Positions 63,508-64,000 of a stretch of 64,000 nt of DNA are shown here, one piece after another. Every line of letters begins with the position of its first letter. Position 1 is the first letter of the stretch. The stretch covers positions 3,038,001 through 3,102,000 of the forward strand of contig NC_086097.1 of the NCBI RefSeq assembly GCF_963921235.1, given 5' to 3'. The notes under the pieces are model-generated. The model was not told where the DNA came from, did not search any database, and worked only from the letters and a program-made list of their open reading frames with translations. This DNA comes from Mobula hypostoma (Eukaryota). The position numbers were made by a program, and so were the translations under genes.

Positions 63508-64000
63508 CATGAGAGAGAAGTTGGTTGGAATTGATTGGAAAAGAACACTGGCAGGGATGATGGCAGAGCAGCAATTGCTGGAAGTTCTGAAAGTAATCCA
63601 GAAAGCACAGGATATCTACATCCAAAAGAGGAAGAAGTATTCTAAAGGAAAGATGACACAACCGTGGCTAACAAAAGAAGAGGGCATATAATAGAGCAAG
63701 AATTATTGGGAAGTTAGAGGATTAACAAGCTTTTAAAAGCCAATGGAAGGTAACTAAAGAAGTTATTAAGACGGTAAAGATGGAATGCAAAAGTAAGCTG
63801 GCTAATAATATTAAAGAGGTTACCAAAAGTTTATTCAGATAAATAAAGTGTAAAAGTGAGGTGAGAGTAGATACTGGACTGCTGGAAAATGATGCTGGAG
63901 AGGTAGTAATGGGGGACAACAAAATGATGGATGAATTAATTAAGTATTTTGCATTAGTCTTCACTAGCAGTATGGTGGAAGTTCCAGGTGTCAGAGGGCA
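63508..64000 (+). mobile_element. CR1 fragment running off the window
   Basis: IDWKRTLAG...QPWLT, as at 42530-43250. Confidence 0.85.

Noticed and set aside
46290..64000. Further UNC79 exons
   Set aside because: I found no UNC79-like coding segment with splice sites here or before 5704. A very short exon could have been missed.

Overview
Eukaryotic, repeat-dense vertebrate DNA. The repeat mix (CR1, Rex1, Penelope, RTE, V-SINE) suggests a cartilaginous fish, probably a ray (inference). The only host gene I can support is an internal part of UNC79 (NALCN channelosome subunit) on the + strand: nine GT-AG exons between 5704 and 46289 that splice into one open frame of 2628 nt. Nearly everything else is intronic, often nested, transposon debris: CR1, Rex1/Babar, RTE, L1/Tx1, L2, Penelope-like elements, SINEs, Tc1 and a Tigger-like element. 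Most notable: (1) a full-length RTE retrotransposon whose 5' end coincides with a predicted HDV-like self-cleaving ribozyme (58184-58468, - strand); (2) minimal hammerhead ribozyme motifs in Penelope-like termini, one with an intact core on the UNC79 sense strand (37188-37223); (3) a 9 x 46 bp array of CTCF-like motifs amplified out of a LINE fragment; (4) a twin-primed L1 with a third, templated copy of its target site. Family names and human UNC79 comparisons come from recalled motifs, not database searches, and repeat boundaries are approximate.
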